Source: Takakia lepidozioides (lineage: Eukaryota > Plantae > Bryophyta). Taken from it: a stretch of 64,000 nt of DNA. Made by a program: the position numbers and the translations under genes. The stretch is from positions 58,962,001 to 59,026,000 of the forward strand of contig CM060733.1 of assembly GCA_030704615.1 (NCBI GenBank), given 5' to 3'. Shown piece after piece: positions 15,001 through 25,580 of the stretch (position 1 is the stretch's first letter; each line of letters starts with the position of its first letter). The notes beneath the pieces are model-generated. The model did not search any database and was not told the origin of the DNA. It saw only the letters and a list, made by a program, of their open reading frames with translations.

Positions 15001-17232
15001 GGAAAGATGTGGAGAGTTGTCCACAACTTGTATGCTCACACCAAAAGCTGTGTCACTGTTAACGGACAGAAGTCCAACTTCTTTGACATAGACCAAGGTG
15101 TAGCTCAAGGATGTACTCTCTCCCCTCTGCTCTTCAATGTTTTCATCAATCAACTCCTCGAGGATGTGGAAAGTGAGGGATTTGGGTTAAGGGTGGGTGA
15201 TACCACCATACCAGCCCTTATGTTTGCGGATGACTTCGCAGGCATAGGGAGACTCCAACCAATCTCCAGGAGTTGATTGATTGCGCGAAGAGATACTTTG
15301 ATCTTTGGGGCTAGAGGCTAATGTCAGCAAATGTGCAGTGGTAGCATTCAACGACAGAGGAGAGGGAGGAAGTGATCTTAAGTGGCAGTGGGGTAGCCAA
15401 GAGATCCCGGTCCTCCCTTCCTACACTTACCTGGGCGTTGAGTTCTCCTCCAATTGTAATTGGGATGCACATATCCGGAAAGTTGTTCAAACTGGCAAGG
15501 GCAAAGCTCTGGGGCTCACTAAATTTTTCCACTGCAGAGGGGTCAACTCTGAGGTTAAGAAAACCATGCTTTGTCGCGTTATTAGACCTGCCTTGGAGTA
15601 CGGATCTGCTATATGGTTTGATAACTCCAACCAGGCTAAGTCTCTAGAATCCATTCAAGTGGGGGTGCTTAAGGAGTGTATGTCAGCATGCTCCAAAACA
15701 GCCAATGTGGCTGTTCGGGGTGAGTTTGGCATTCCGTCCTTAAGCTCCCGACGAGATGAATTCAAGGTCAGATGGTGGGGTCAGCTGCAACATATGCCCA
15801 ACACCAGATATCCTAAGTTAATCGACTCTATATCTTGGAAACAGGACCGCCCTGTCAAACAGGCTAAGTCCTGGCAGAAGAGAGTAGAAGAGATCCTCAA
15901 GGACCTGGACCTGGATCCGCAAGTCTTGACCCTGCTGGATAAATCTGACTTAGAGGCTGTAGTGTCCTCAGCCATGTCTGTTGCCATGAGATTGTCTGAT
16001 GAAAATGAAGTTAGGCAGAAAACTTCCCTGAACTTGTTTCCAGTCTGTGACATGGGGGAGGACATCTTGGATGACCTCAAGGGTCTACCCACTCTCGGCA
16101 CTAGACTGAAATTTAAACTCAGGGCAGGAAGCCTACCTTTGAACAGCAAACAGAAGCAGAGAGGAAAGGGAGAGTGCAATTGCCCGTTGTGTGGGCAATC
16201 TGAAGACAGTATTCATTTTCTGATACACTGTCCGGGGTTCTCTCACCAAAGAGACGCTCTCTTCAAATCTATCAAGGGAATTGTGCCTGTACCCCTGTTT
16301 ACCAACTTTGAAAGTCTCGAGGCTGAGCCAAAAGCCCAGGCCCTCCTGAGGCCTAGTTTTTGGGCAAATCACACACAGCAGATTGATGCTTGTGTGAAGG
16401 GATTTCTAGAGGATATCTGGAAAACCCGGATTAATTCTATATGGGGAGGTAAGTCTTACTACCAACGTCAGCCCCTGACAGAGGTAGGTTCTGTCCCTTT
16501 TGTTCCCACTCAAACTGGGCGCGGGGTCAATGGCCACAAGGCTACGGCAAACAACGTCTTATGAGTACAATCTGTTCAGAAATTACCATTTCAGTATTCT
16601 CTACAAACACTTGGCACATGAAACATAGTGGTTCTGTTGGAGCTTAGTTCATTTGCACCTCAAACACTCTATTACAATCAGAAGGTAAATTGTTACAAGG
16701 TTTGATTTTTACAGTTCTTGTGCATAATGCACCATATTTAACTTTGGTATCCCAAGAGAAGAAGCAGACTTACAAAATCGAGATCCGAATCATTTACCTG
16801 GCTTAATATCTAAGGACTAAAGACTTTGGATGAACTAGCTTCAAAGAGCCACGCGTGGTTTAAATCATGACAAAGGGAAAGAACAAGTGTACCTGATGGC
16901 CCAGATTTGTCACCATGAATATCCTTTCTCAATGTCCCACATTCGGACAACCTTCTGCAAATTGCACCACCCAAGTCGAAAGCAACAGCAGCAGAACCCC
17001 AAGTACAACTTTCAGCTTGACCAGAAGAGGCCTCATAAAAGGGAGGCCCTCCTTGAGAAAGTGGGTGTTGGAGTCCTGTTGATTGGTGCCAAAAGTTCTG
17101 AGACAAATCATCGCCAGCAAGGAATGATTTTTGTAATTCTTCAAGACTTCCATTAGAAAATTGGTCCAAAGGGTTGGGCTCAGATTGGATTGAAAGGGGT
17201 CTAACAGTGTGGGTTTGCGAAATGTCTTGCAT
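1..17232 (-). CDS. MOV10/SDE3/Armitage-like SF1 (UPF1-like) RNA helicase, multi-exon, 3' end beyond the window
   Basis: Exons spliced by eye give collinear helicase motifs: PYLIFGPPGTGKT (~6225-6340), FTHILIDEAGQ (~4423-4470), LCGDPRQLGPV (~3890-3935), TKLLRNYR (~3325-3350), ESPSYFNP (~2180), IGVMAPYRRQ (~1240), VGTVDDYQ (~1025), GQEE..KRFNVAITRAK (696-843), LVVVGHP (~310). MOV10-type N-terminal motifs DKHGV (~12380) and VPGLPENRPSVLAGD (~7960-8007). Likely ATG at 17232; the first coding exon (to ~16893) joins in phase to the exon starting ~12548. One -1 frameshift near 205-215. Confidence 0.9.
2657..2689 (+). mobile_element. Extreme 3' tail remnant of LINE family B with (CATTT)n tail
   Basis: ggacgttataaagtaccatttcatttcatttcat matches the reverse complement of the terminus at ~17311-17347. 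Confidence 0.6.
2714..3240 (+). mobile_element. 5'-truncated copy of LINE family A, intronic
   Basis: C-terminal KGLPTLGTRLKFKLRAG..CPLCGQPED..C..GVNGHKATANIVL homologous to 15305-16564. (CT)n on the 5' side; ends gtacattctctctc. Confidence 0.9.
9284..10900 (-). mobile_element. Head-to-tail chain of four 5'-truncated LINE family A pieces
   Basis: Pieces at ~10323-10868, ~10178-10298, a mini-piece at ~10148-10168 and ~9284-10135. Each carries the family 3' end GTACA(A/T)TC. A (TC)n tract at ~10873-10899 flanks the 5' side. Confidence 0.88.
12694..16570 (+). mobile_element. Long copy of LINE family A (RTE/RTEX-like non-LTR retrotransposon) with 19-bp TSD
   Basis: TSD tctgttcagaaattaccat at 12675-12693 and 16571-16589. 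RT motifs KAGGPDG, NYRSITLL, FLDVKKAYD, GVAQGCTLSPLLF, FADD, YTYLG. C-terminal CPLC..HFLIHC knuckle. ORF split near 15250-15310. The clade call is by motif pattern only. Confidence 0.93.
13399..13702 (+). repeat. 141-bp (47-aa) tandem repeat inside the LINE ORF, about 2.2 copies
   Basis: IHGVIVPK..LKVYTRRAKS units start at 13399, 13540 and 13681. Confidence 0.9.
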
Positions 17233-17310
17233 GACTGTTTAAGCATGGTATAATTTATCAAAATAACACCCCAAATCACCACCTGAAACTGGGAAATTGC
17301 ACAGTCAAGA

Positions 17311-17800
17311 GAAATGAAATGAAATGAAATGGTGCTTTATAACGTCCACGGAAAGCTCGTAGAGCTTATGGGACAAAATGGAAGAAAACATGAGAGAGGA
17401 ACAAATCCAGAAACCACAATTAATGTTCTAGCGATTGTCTAAGGGTGAAGGCCTCGTGTAGGTAGGCTGCCAAGCATTTTTTATCCTCATAGTGAAAGAC
17501 ATCAGTGAGAGTTTGGGTTCCACTGAATAAACAGTGGAATCTCCCACGGATCTCGTAGTATAGAGGGCAGTAGAAGAAGAAGTGTTCTTCAGTTTCAATT
17601 TCCTTGCTGCGCCCTATGCAAGCTGGACATAGGCGGTCCTCCCGTTGCAGGTTTTCCCATCTGCCAGTCTCTATCCGTAGGTTGTGGGAACCCACCCTGA
17701 ACCGCCCCAATGCCCTCAAGAGGGAAGGAGATAAGGGTGCTGAAAGGTAATTTGGTCTCAAGAGAAACGAACAGGTAAGAACAGGTGTCGATATTGTCTT
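17311..17800 (-). mobile_element. 5'-truncated RTEX-like LINE (family B) with (CATTT)n tail
   Basis: RFRVGSHNLRIETGRW..RLCPAC..ETEEHFFFYCPLY C-terminus; (gaaat)4 on + at 17311-17330. The 5' boundary is approximate. Confidence 0.8.
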
Positions 17801-18470
17801 AGCTGGAGGATTGGGACTCAATGCTGTTCCAGCTATAGATGAAGACGGAGATTCATCATCTAGAAAGTTTAAAAAGTAGATTGAAGTAGATTCACTGAGT
17901 AGAGTGCAATTCGCACACAAACTGTTACGAGCTTTCACCGAGCTAAAGCTTCCTGCGTCTGAGACATGAGAAATAGAAGAGTCTCTTGGTATATAAGGGA
18001 AGTAGAGATTCGAATGCGGAAGGGCACTGAACTGTTGTTTAACTAAAACCATCAACCTAACCAACAAATTGCACTCAACCTAGAACTCGTCATCAAATAC
18101 TTTCTCGAGGGGCTGACCCAAGATCGCCCCCACTTGTGTCCATTCCCCCGTGGCGCTCTGCTATATTCCCCTGGTGTGGAGTGCACTTTGATCAGACATG
18201 ATATCAGGAGACAGCGTTCCAGGCACGAAAATGCGTCTGTCCCCACCATTGCCATCCAGCCACTGAACAAGAATAACTCTTCTCAACCAAATTTGACCGC
18301 CAATTGAGAAGGCTCGTCTGCAATCCCCTACAACACGAACGCCTTCACAGAACTAAACAGGGTAACTGAAGAACTACATACTCTTCTCTGTGTCTCCTCC
18401 TTCCTCAAATCATGTCTTGTTCAAATGCAATCACCACGAGTTTGAAATAGGTACAACTGAACTTGGAACG

Positions 18471-18487
18471 TAAACCCTAAACCCTAA
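18471..18487. promoter_or_regulatory. Telo-box (AAACCCTA x2) in the divergent helicase/PPR intergenic region
   Basis: taaaccctaaaccctaa lies between head-to-head genes; this is a known plant promoter element. Confidence 0.5.
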
Positions 18488-18690
18488 TTCACAAGCCTTG
18501 CAGGCATGATGCCAAGAGATTCTTTCTTTCTTTCTTTTTGGTAGAAGGGGGATGGAAGCCCCTGAACTTTACATCATAGGGACAAAAAACCCGGGGGTAT
18601 GACAGGATTTGGCATGATTCGGTATTCTTCCTGGTGTTTACAAGGTGCTTGGGAGGGTCAGCTTCGTCTTACCACGCCGTGTGTAAATCT

Positions 18691-21600
18691 ATGGCTGCTC
18701 AGCTGCACCATGGTGGTTCTCAAAGACCAATCCGAGATCACCCGACCACAGACAAGAGCAGCACACGCAAGAGATTCTTTTGGGTTGATAGTTGGTTGAA
18801 TACTCCATGGGTGAAAGAAAAGGTAGCTGCTTTTATGACACAAGGTCAAGGACAATGTGGTGAGCCACCTTCTTCTTCAACACATTTTGGCCTGTTTTGC
18901 CCTCTTATCAGAATCGTCCCTAATTTTTCTTGTTGAATTCTGCAAGTTAGCTCGTTGGGTGGATCTTTGGTTGTTTGGAGTGATTTTGGCATGTTACTGC
19001 CAATGTGTGGCAACAGGAAATTATCCAAAAACAGAAAACAGAGACGAGGAGAAGCTTTGGAAGGAATATTTGCCAGACCCCAGTCAATGGTGGGACAATC
19101 GAGGCAAAAAGGTGAATGCCTGTAGCATTACAGAGAGAAGCTGACAACAAGATGCTTGGCAAAGCTTTCTTGGAAATCGTCATCCTCTCTCTCCCCAGCA
19201 TATTTTTAAGTCTTGGTAGCAATTCAGCATAGGAACTAGTGTGGGATAAGTAGGGTTGGGGTATTTGCTAGAACAAGTTTAGGCTGTCATTGTCAGCTGC
19301 TTGGGATGGAGTGTGGGTCCAGATTCAGTCCAGAGGGCCGGAATTCAAGCACAAGATTACCTATGATTCCCTGTGGATTGATAGCTACAAGAAACCTGCA
19401 TGGGTAGATGGTCAACTGGAATCAGCAGCAGTACAATTGATAAAATCAGGCACCTCCACCATGACCACAGCTTTCGACAGAGGACCAAGAGAGGCAATGC
19501 CTCTTCTGGCACTTCTGGGCATGCGAGGACGCCATGTGAGGCTGGGCAACTGAAAGAGGCTCTACAGACTTTAAACCAAGGAGGCTTTTCAGCAGATTCA
19601 GATACTTATGTCTGTCTCTTGCATAAATCCATCAAGATGAATGCCCTGGAAGCCGGAAAGCAGGTGCATGCTCACATCATCCTAAGTGGATTCAAGCCAA
19701 ACGTTTTTCTACACAACATGCTTGTCAACATGTATGTTAAGTGTGGGAGCATTGTGAATGCTCACCAAGTATTCAACAGAATGCCTGAACGATCTTTGAT
19801 CACGTGGAATATAATGATGGCAGGATTTACCAAGCATGGGTATGGTAGTAATACTTTGGAGGCCTACGAGCAAATGATGCGGGAAGGGATGAAACCCAAC
19901 CGGGTCACCTTCATTTGCGTTTGCAATGCGTGTGCGAGCCTGGCAGCCCTGGAAATGGGCAAAGAGGTCCAGGGTGACATCATCAAAGCTGGGATTGTAC
20001 CAGATGTCATTCTGAGCACTGCCCTGATAAACATGTATGCCAAATGTGGGAGCATGGAGGATGCAAAGGGAGTATTCGACAATATGGCTGAACAAAATGT
20101 GGTGTCCTGGAGTGCTATGATTGCAGGATACGCACAGCAAGGGTGTGGGATGGAGGCTTTGGAGACCTATGAGCAAATGATGCAGGAAGGGGTGAAGCCC
20201 AACCGGGTCACATTCATTTCTGTTTGTAATGCGTGTGCCAGCTTGGCAGCCCTGGAAAAGGGCAAAGAGGTCCATGGTGATGTCATCAAAGCCGGAATTG
20301 TACCAGATGTGGTTCTGAGCAATACGCTGGTGGACATGTATGCCAAATGTGGCAGCATCAAGGATGCAATGGGAGTGTTCAACAATATGGTCGAACGAGA
20401 TGTGGTGTCATGGAACACGATGATCGCAGGATATGGTCAGCAGGGGTGCAGGATGAAGGCTTTGGAGACCTATGAGCAAATGATGCAGGAAGGGGTGAAG
20501 CCCAACCGGGTCACGTTTGTTTGCGTTTGCAATGTGTGTGCAAGCCTGGCAGCCCTGGAAAAGGGCAAAGAGGTCCATGGTGACATCATCAAAGCTGAAA
20601 TTGTACCAGATGTCATTCTGAGCAATACCCTAGTGGACATGTATGCCAAATGTGGCAGCATTGAGGATGCAAAGGGAGTATTCGACAATATGACCAAACA
20701 GGATGTGGTGTCGTGGAATGCAATGATCGCAGGATATGCTCAGCAGGGGTGTGGGATGGAGGCTTTGGAGATCTATGAGCAAATGATGCAGGAAGGGGTG
20801 AAGCCCAACCGGGTCACGTTTGTTTGCGTTTGCAATGCGTGTGCGAGCCTGGCAGCCCTGGAGAGGGCCAAAGAGTTCCACGGTGATATTATGAAAGCTG
20901 GAATTGTACCAGATGTCATTCTGAAGAATGCCCTCATGGACATGTATGCCAAATGCGGGAGCATCGAAGATGCAAAGGGAGTATTTGACAATATGGCTCA
21001 ACGAGATGTGGTGTCATGGAACGCGATGATCTCAGGATATGCGCAGCATGGGTGCGGGATGGAGGCTTTGGAGACCTATGAGCAAATGACAAAGGAAGGG
21101 GTGAAGCCCAACCACATTACGATGGTTTGTGTATGCAATGCATGTGCGAGCCTCGCAAACCTCGAAAAGGGCAAAGAGGTTCATGCTGACATCATCAAAG
21201 CCGGATTTGTACGGGATGTCATTCTGAGCAATACCCTGGTGGACATGTATGCAAAATGTGGCAGCATCGAGGATGCAAAGGGAGTGTTCAATGATATAGT
21301 GGAACGAGATGTGGTGTCATGGAATGCGATGATCACAGGATATTTGCGGCAGGGATGCGGGATGGAGGCTTTGGAGACCTATGAGCAAATGAGGCAGGAA
21401 CGGATGAAGCCAGACCGGGTCACATTTGTTTGTATTTGCAATGCATGTGCGAGCCTGGCAGCCCTGGAAAAGGGTAGAGAGGTCCACGGTGACATCATCC
21501 AAGCTGGAGTTGTACCAGATATCATTCTGAACACTACTCTGGTGGACATGTATGCCAAATGCGGCAGCATCGAAGATGCAGAGGGAGTGTTTGACAATAT

Positions 21601-22045
21601 GGCTGAACGAAATGTGGCGTCATGGAACGCAATGATCGCAGGATATGCCCAGCATGGTTATGATATGGAGGCCCTGCAACTATTGGAAGAAATGCAGGTG
21701 GAAGGCTTGAAGCTGGACAGTATCACGTTACTATGTGTTCTCTCTGCATGCGGCCATGCAGGCCTAGTGGATGAAGGAAAATACTTCTTTGACTCCCTGA
21801 GTCAAGATCATGGCATCACTCCGGCAGTGGAGCACTTTAGCGCCATGGTGGATCTTCTGGGCCGTGCTGGGCGATTGGATGAGGCAGAGGACTTCATTAA
21901 CAAAATGCCAATGAAACCAAATAATGCGGTGTGGAGGGCCTTGCTTGGTGCCTGTAGAATCCACGGCAATGTGGAGATGGCTGAACGTGCAGCAACATCT
22001 ATTATCAAGCAGGATGAACAGGACTCTGCGACTTGCCGCAGCTGA
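18691..22045 (+). CDS. PLS-E class PPR protein with N-terminal OSB-type PDF motif; one frameshift and a damaged E2 end
   Basis: Exons ~18691-18859, 19017-19111 and 19323 onward join in phase with GT-AG introns: LWKEYLPDPSQWWDNRGKK|IQSRGPEFKHKITYDSLWIDSYKKPAWV. ORF 19400-22045 has about 7 L-S-P triplets (MYAKCGS, VVSWNAMI, VTF..NACASL), then P2-L2-S2 and E1 (VWRALLGACRIHGN). No DYW domain. The start codon is uncertain. Confidence 0.85.
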
Positions 22046-22056
22046 CAAGTAAATAC

Positions 22057-22255
22057 CAGTGTTGTGCGGGTATATTGATTTCAATATACCCTTAGGGTAT
22101 AAGTAAATTATTTTTGTCCCTCCGGGTATGGATAAATTGAAATCTCAAAAAATTATTTACCCTCCGGGTATGGGTAAATTAACTTTTCAGATTTCTACAT
22201 AACCCCCGGTTATGGATATATATGCCCCGGGGTATGGATAGTTATTTCCATTAAT
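22057..22255. mobile_element. Probable DNA-transposon (hAT-like) end with subterminal ccgggtat repeats
   Basis: Begins cagtgttg and has about 5 spaced cc(c/t)ccgggtatgg-like motifs. No partner end was found. Confidence 0.4.
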
Positions 22256-22468
22256 ATACAATTTAATGGTTTTAAAGAATATATCATGTTCTTTTTTTCT
22301 TTCTTTTTTTTCCAAAAAGGAAACCTGGGAGCGACTGCTCACAAGATGTTCTTCAATATGTACAAAACACAAACCAAAAAACAAAAACAAAACAAAACAA
22401 AACAAAACAATCTATGGTAAAAGAGAAAATTGATAAGATATTGCATAATATTTTGGTGTTAATTTCCA

Positions 22469-25413
22469 ATGCAAGATGGAGGAGGTTTGAGATTAAAACC
22501 GATGTTGCCAAAGATCATTAAGAAAGAGCAGACGGGTTTCCTAAAGGACCGAATGATCCTTGACAACATCCTTCTGGCCCATGAAGCCCTTCACAGAGCT
22601 GAACTCAACAATCAACCGCTTGCATTTTTAATGCTCGACTTTGAGAAGGCGTTTGATTCCATTGACTGGAGTTTTCTGTTGGGGGCTCTTCAAAGAACTG
22701 GGCTGGTGGGGCCTTTCTAGGTTCACATTCTACTACACTCAGCGTCAAGCAAGGTTATGGTGAATGGGATGGTTTCCAAGGCTTTCCCAATATCCAAATC
22801 TGTGAGGCAGGGTTGCCCCCTGGCCCCGTTCCTCTTTCTCATCGCTGCGGATTCGCTTGGCCATTTGCTGGAATCAAGACATGATATTGTCGGTCTTCAA
22901 CTACCCACCCTGCATACTGAAATGCTCAAGCTGTCCATGTACGCAGATGACACTTGCCTTCTCCTTGATAACTCCACACGCAGCAACGTTGACAAAGCGC
23001 TTCAGGCCCTTCACACTTTTTGCCTAGGTTCAGGGCTTAAGGTCAACTGGAGGAAATCTATGGGAATTCTGTCTCTACTACATTGTGGAGCAGGCACTGC
23101 TCACTGTCAAGCCTGGGGAGCTGATCTGGGCTTAAACTGGCTACAGGAAGGACAGACTCATACTCTGCTGGGTCACCAGATATGCCTAAACATGTTGCAG
23201 CAAACCACATGGAAAGCAGTGATCACAAGATTCAAAAGAAATCTCGCTTTCTGGTCTGCAGCCATGCTATCAATTGTGGGAAGGGCACTAGTGGCAAACC
23301 AGGTGCTTTCCAACTCTATCTGGTACTTCGCGGCGGTGTGGAATCCAGACAAGTCCATGGTCAAAGAAATTAAGGCCCTCTTACGTAACTTCATATGGGG
23401 TGCCATTGCGGCGGCACCTGTGAGAAGAGCGTTGCTCTCCTGGGAGTAGTTGTGTCAGAAGAAAATACAAGGTGGGCTAGGCATTATTGACCCAGCTGCT
23501 CAGATCAAGGCCCTGCTAGCAAAATGGATTCCAAGGGCAATAACACACAGGGATGCACCATGGAGCAAGCTCATTCAACCTTACTTGATGGGGTCCCTAC
23601 CCACAACCTCTCATCTCTAGGCTCAATCACTAAGATGGATTGTTCAAGGCAGAAACGCCGCAGTCTCATTGGGCTCTAGACCCTGGCAGTCCATCTGGAA
23701 GCATGGCATTGCATGAGAGGCAATCTCACACAAAGAATGCCAGCAAACAAGCAAGAATGCTTGCGGCAACCTTTGTTTGCCAACTACAACATGGACTCTG
23801 GAATTCTACTCACCCAAAGCCCGAGATGGGCTTCATGGGAAGACAGGGTTTCACTCACATTGCCAATATGCAGTTGGATGGTCAGTTCATGAGTGAGGCA
23901 ATGGTGGCTGAAATGATGGGTCGGAGGAGAGCCAGGGCCTAGTACATCATACTTGCCAATGTGCCGCAATATATGAGCCCCTTGCTTGATGAAGATGACC
24001 ACACATCCAAAACCCTTGCTTGGATGGCATCTTCACAAGGGAATCACATTCCGATCATGCTTGTTATGTCATCTACAGAACTGGTGGTGTCTGGTCTAGG
24101 TTTCTTGGCCGACCAGGAAGGGCATCTCACATATTCAGAAAGAGTAGAGATGAATCGGTCTTTGCTGTTCCACATCAGGGTGCTGGACAGCCTCGGAAAT
24201 CCCAACCCCATGCCTCCTCTGGGTTTGGAAGCTCAATGGGCTCGACAAGAAACTCTAACCTGGTTTCTCAAATGCCCCTTGACTGATCTGCAATTTGACC
24301 CGGCGGAGTGGAGGTGGATGGATAAGAAAAAAACACCATTTTTTTCCTACTCTGTCAAGAAAGGTTATACTCTCATCAACCCCCCGCGCTCATTAAAAAA
24401 CAGGTGGTCCAGCAAATGGGGCAGCCTGCAACTTGGCCGGAACACATGGAACAACATCTGGAAAGACGTATGGAGGAAGTACAGACCATCCAAGCTATCG
24501 GGTTTCCTTTGGAAGCTCGCACATAGGATCCTCCCTGTCAGACAGAAGACACATGAGGATGATCGAACTTGCACTCTTTGTCATGCAAACCCAGAATCTA
24601 TTGAATACTGCTTACTGCTCTGCAATATATCAAACAGAATCTGGAGTTTGGTCATCAGTTTCTACTCTCACTATGACATCTTTCCAAACCCTCCTCCCCA
24701 ATCTCTACTTCTGCTCAATTTTCTACCTGCTCTTAGAGCTCTTACATTATGGAATTTGTGGAAAAGCAGATGTGCTTGGGTTTTTGAGAAAAAACCCCCC
24801 AGAGGCAGATCAATATTATTTCATACTTACCATGACCTGCTTACAGGGGAGAAAAGCATGGTTTACTGTCTGTGCAGCTCTTCCCAGAACTTCGGAGCAA
24901 CGGGGGCGGAAGCTGCTTCAAGACTTCTATGATCCTTGGGGAAAAAGCAAGGATCATCTACGGCTCTGCTACGAGGCCTCACCTCCCTCAACTCCTTCAC
25001 AGCTTCGATTCTCCACGATTTACGCTTTAGAATGCTGCTTCAGTGTGCACCTTCCTAAACCTTGCGTAAAGGGCCCCTCCCTCCTTGCTTAGTTCCAGAT
25101 TGTTTTTGGACTGCTTGGACTTTCATCTTACTGTTCTTTTTCTGCACCTCTCCCTCTCTCCCCTTCTGCTTAGCAGATTCGCTAGGGTAACGGGGAAGTT
25201 CCCCCTCTGTTAGCCTCCACGGCCTTCCTAGGTGGTTATTTTTTCCACCTTTTCAACCTTTGTTTAATTTAATTTGATTAAAAGGGCCTCTGTCCCTTTC
25301 ATTCTTAATTTTTTTTTAAATAAAAAATAAAAAAAATAAAAAAAATTTAATTATATTATTTATTTAATTATAATAATTTAAATTTAAATTTAATAAATAA
25401 TAATTAAAAATAT

Positions 25414-25457
<44 letters not shown>
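22469..25457 (+). mobile_element. Degenerate 5'-truncated L1-clade LINE (RT plus C-terminal zinc finger) with poly(A) tail
   Basis: QTGFLKDR, LDFEKAFDSIDW, VRQGCPLAPFLF, YADD, GGLGI, FLWKLAHRILP..CTLC..ESIEYCLLLC. Several in-frame stops. A-run at 25421-25457. Confidence 0.9.
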
Positions 25458-25458
<1 letters not shown>

Positions 25459-25463
25459 ACATC

Positions 25464-25580
25464 GGCTGGTAGCTCAGCTGGTAAGTGCACAGTGTGTCAC
25501 TTAGGTGGTTCGGGGTTCAAACCCGCTGCCCGGCCCCGTGTGACGGATTGTTCGTGTGACGGTATGTTTGGGCGTTGATC
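25464..25580 (+). mobile_element. tRNA-derived SINE head (family S1-like), cut off by the neighbouring hAT
   Basis: A box tagctcagctgg and B box ggttcaaacc. The head resembles the copies at ~29650-29866 and ~57988-58168. Confidence 0.6.

Noticed and set aside
18471-18487. Interstitial telomere
   Set aside because: Only about two units in a promoter position, better explained as a telo-box.
19709-22084. Repeated antisense ORFs (MSNTPFASSMLPHLAY..)
   Set aside because: Shadow frames of the repetitive PPR coding strand.
25300-25457. Pure A/T stretch as a functional element
   Set aside because: Consistent with a degraded or noisily assembled L1 poly(A) tail.
25464-25535. Possible tRNA gene
   Set aside because: A and B boxes are present but cloverleaf pairing is poor and the sequence resembles SINE heads elsewhere in the window.
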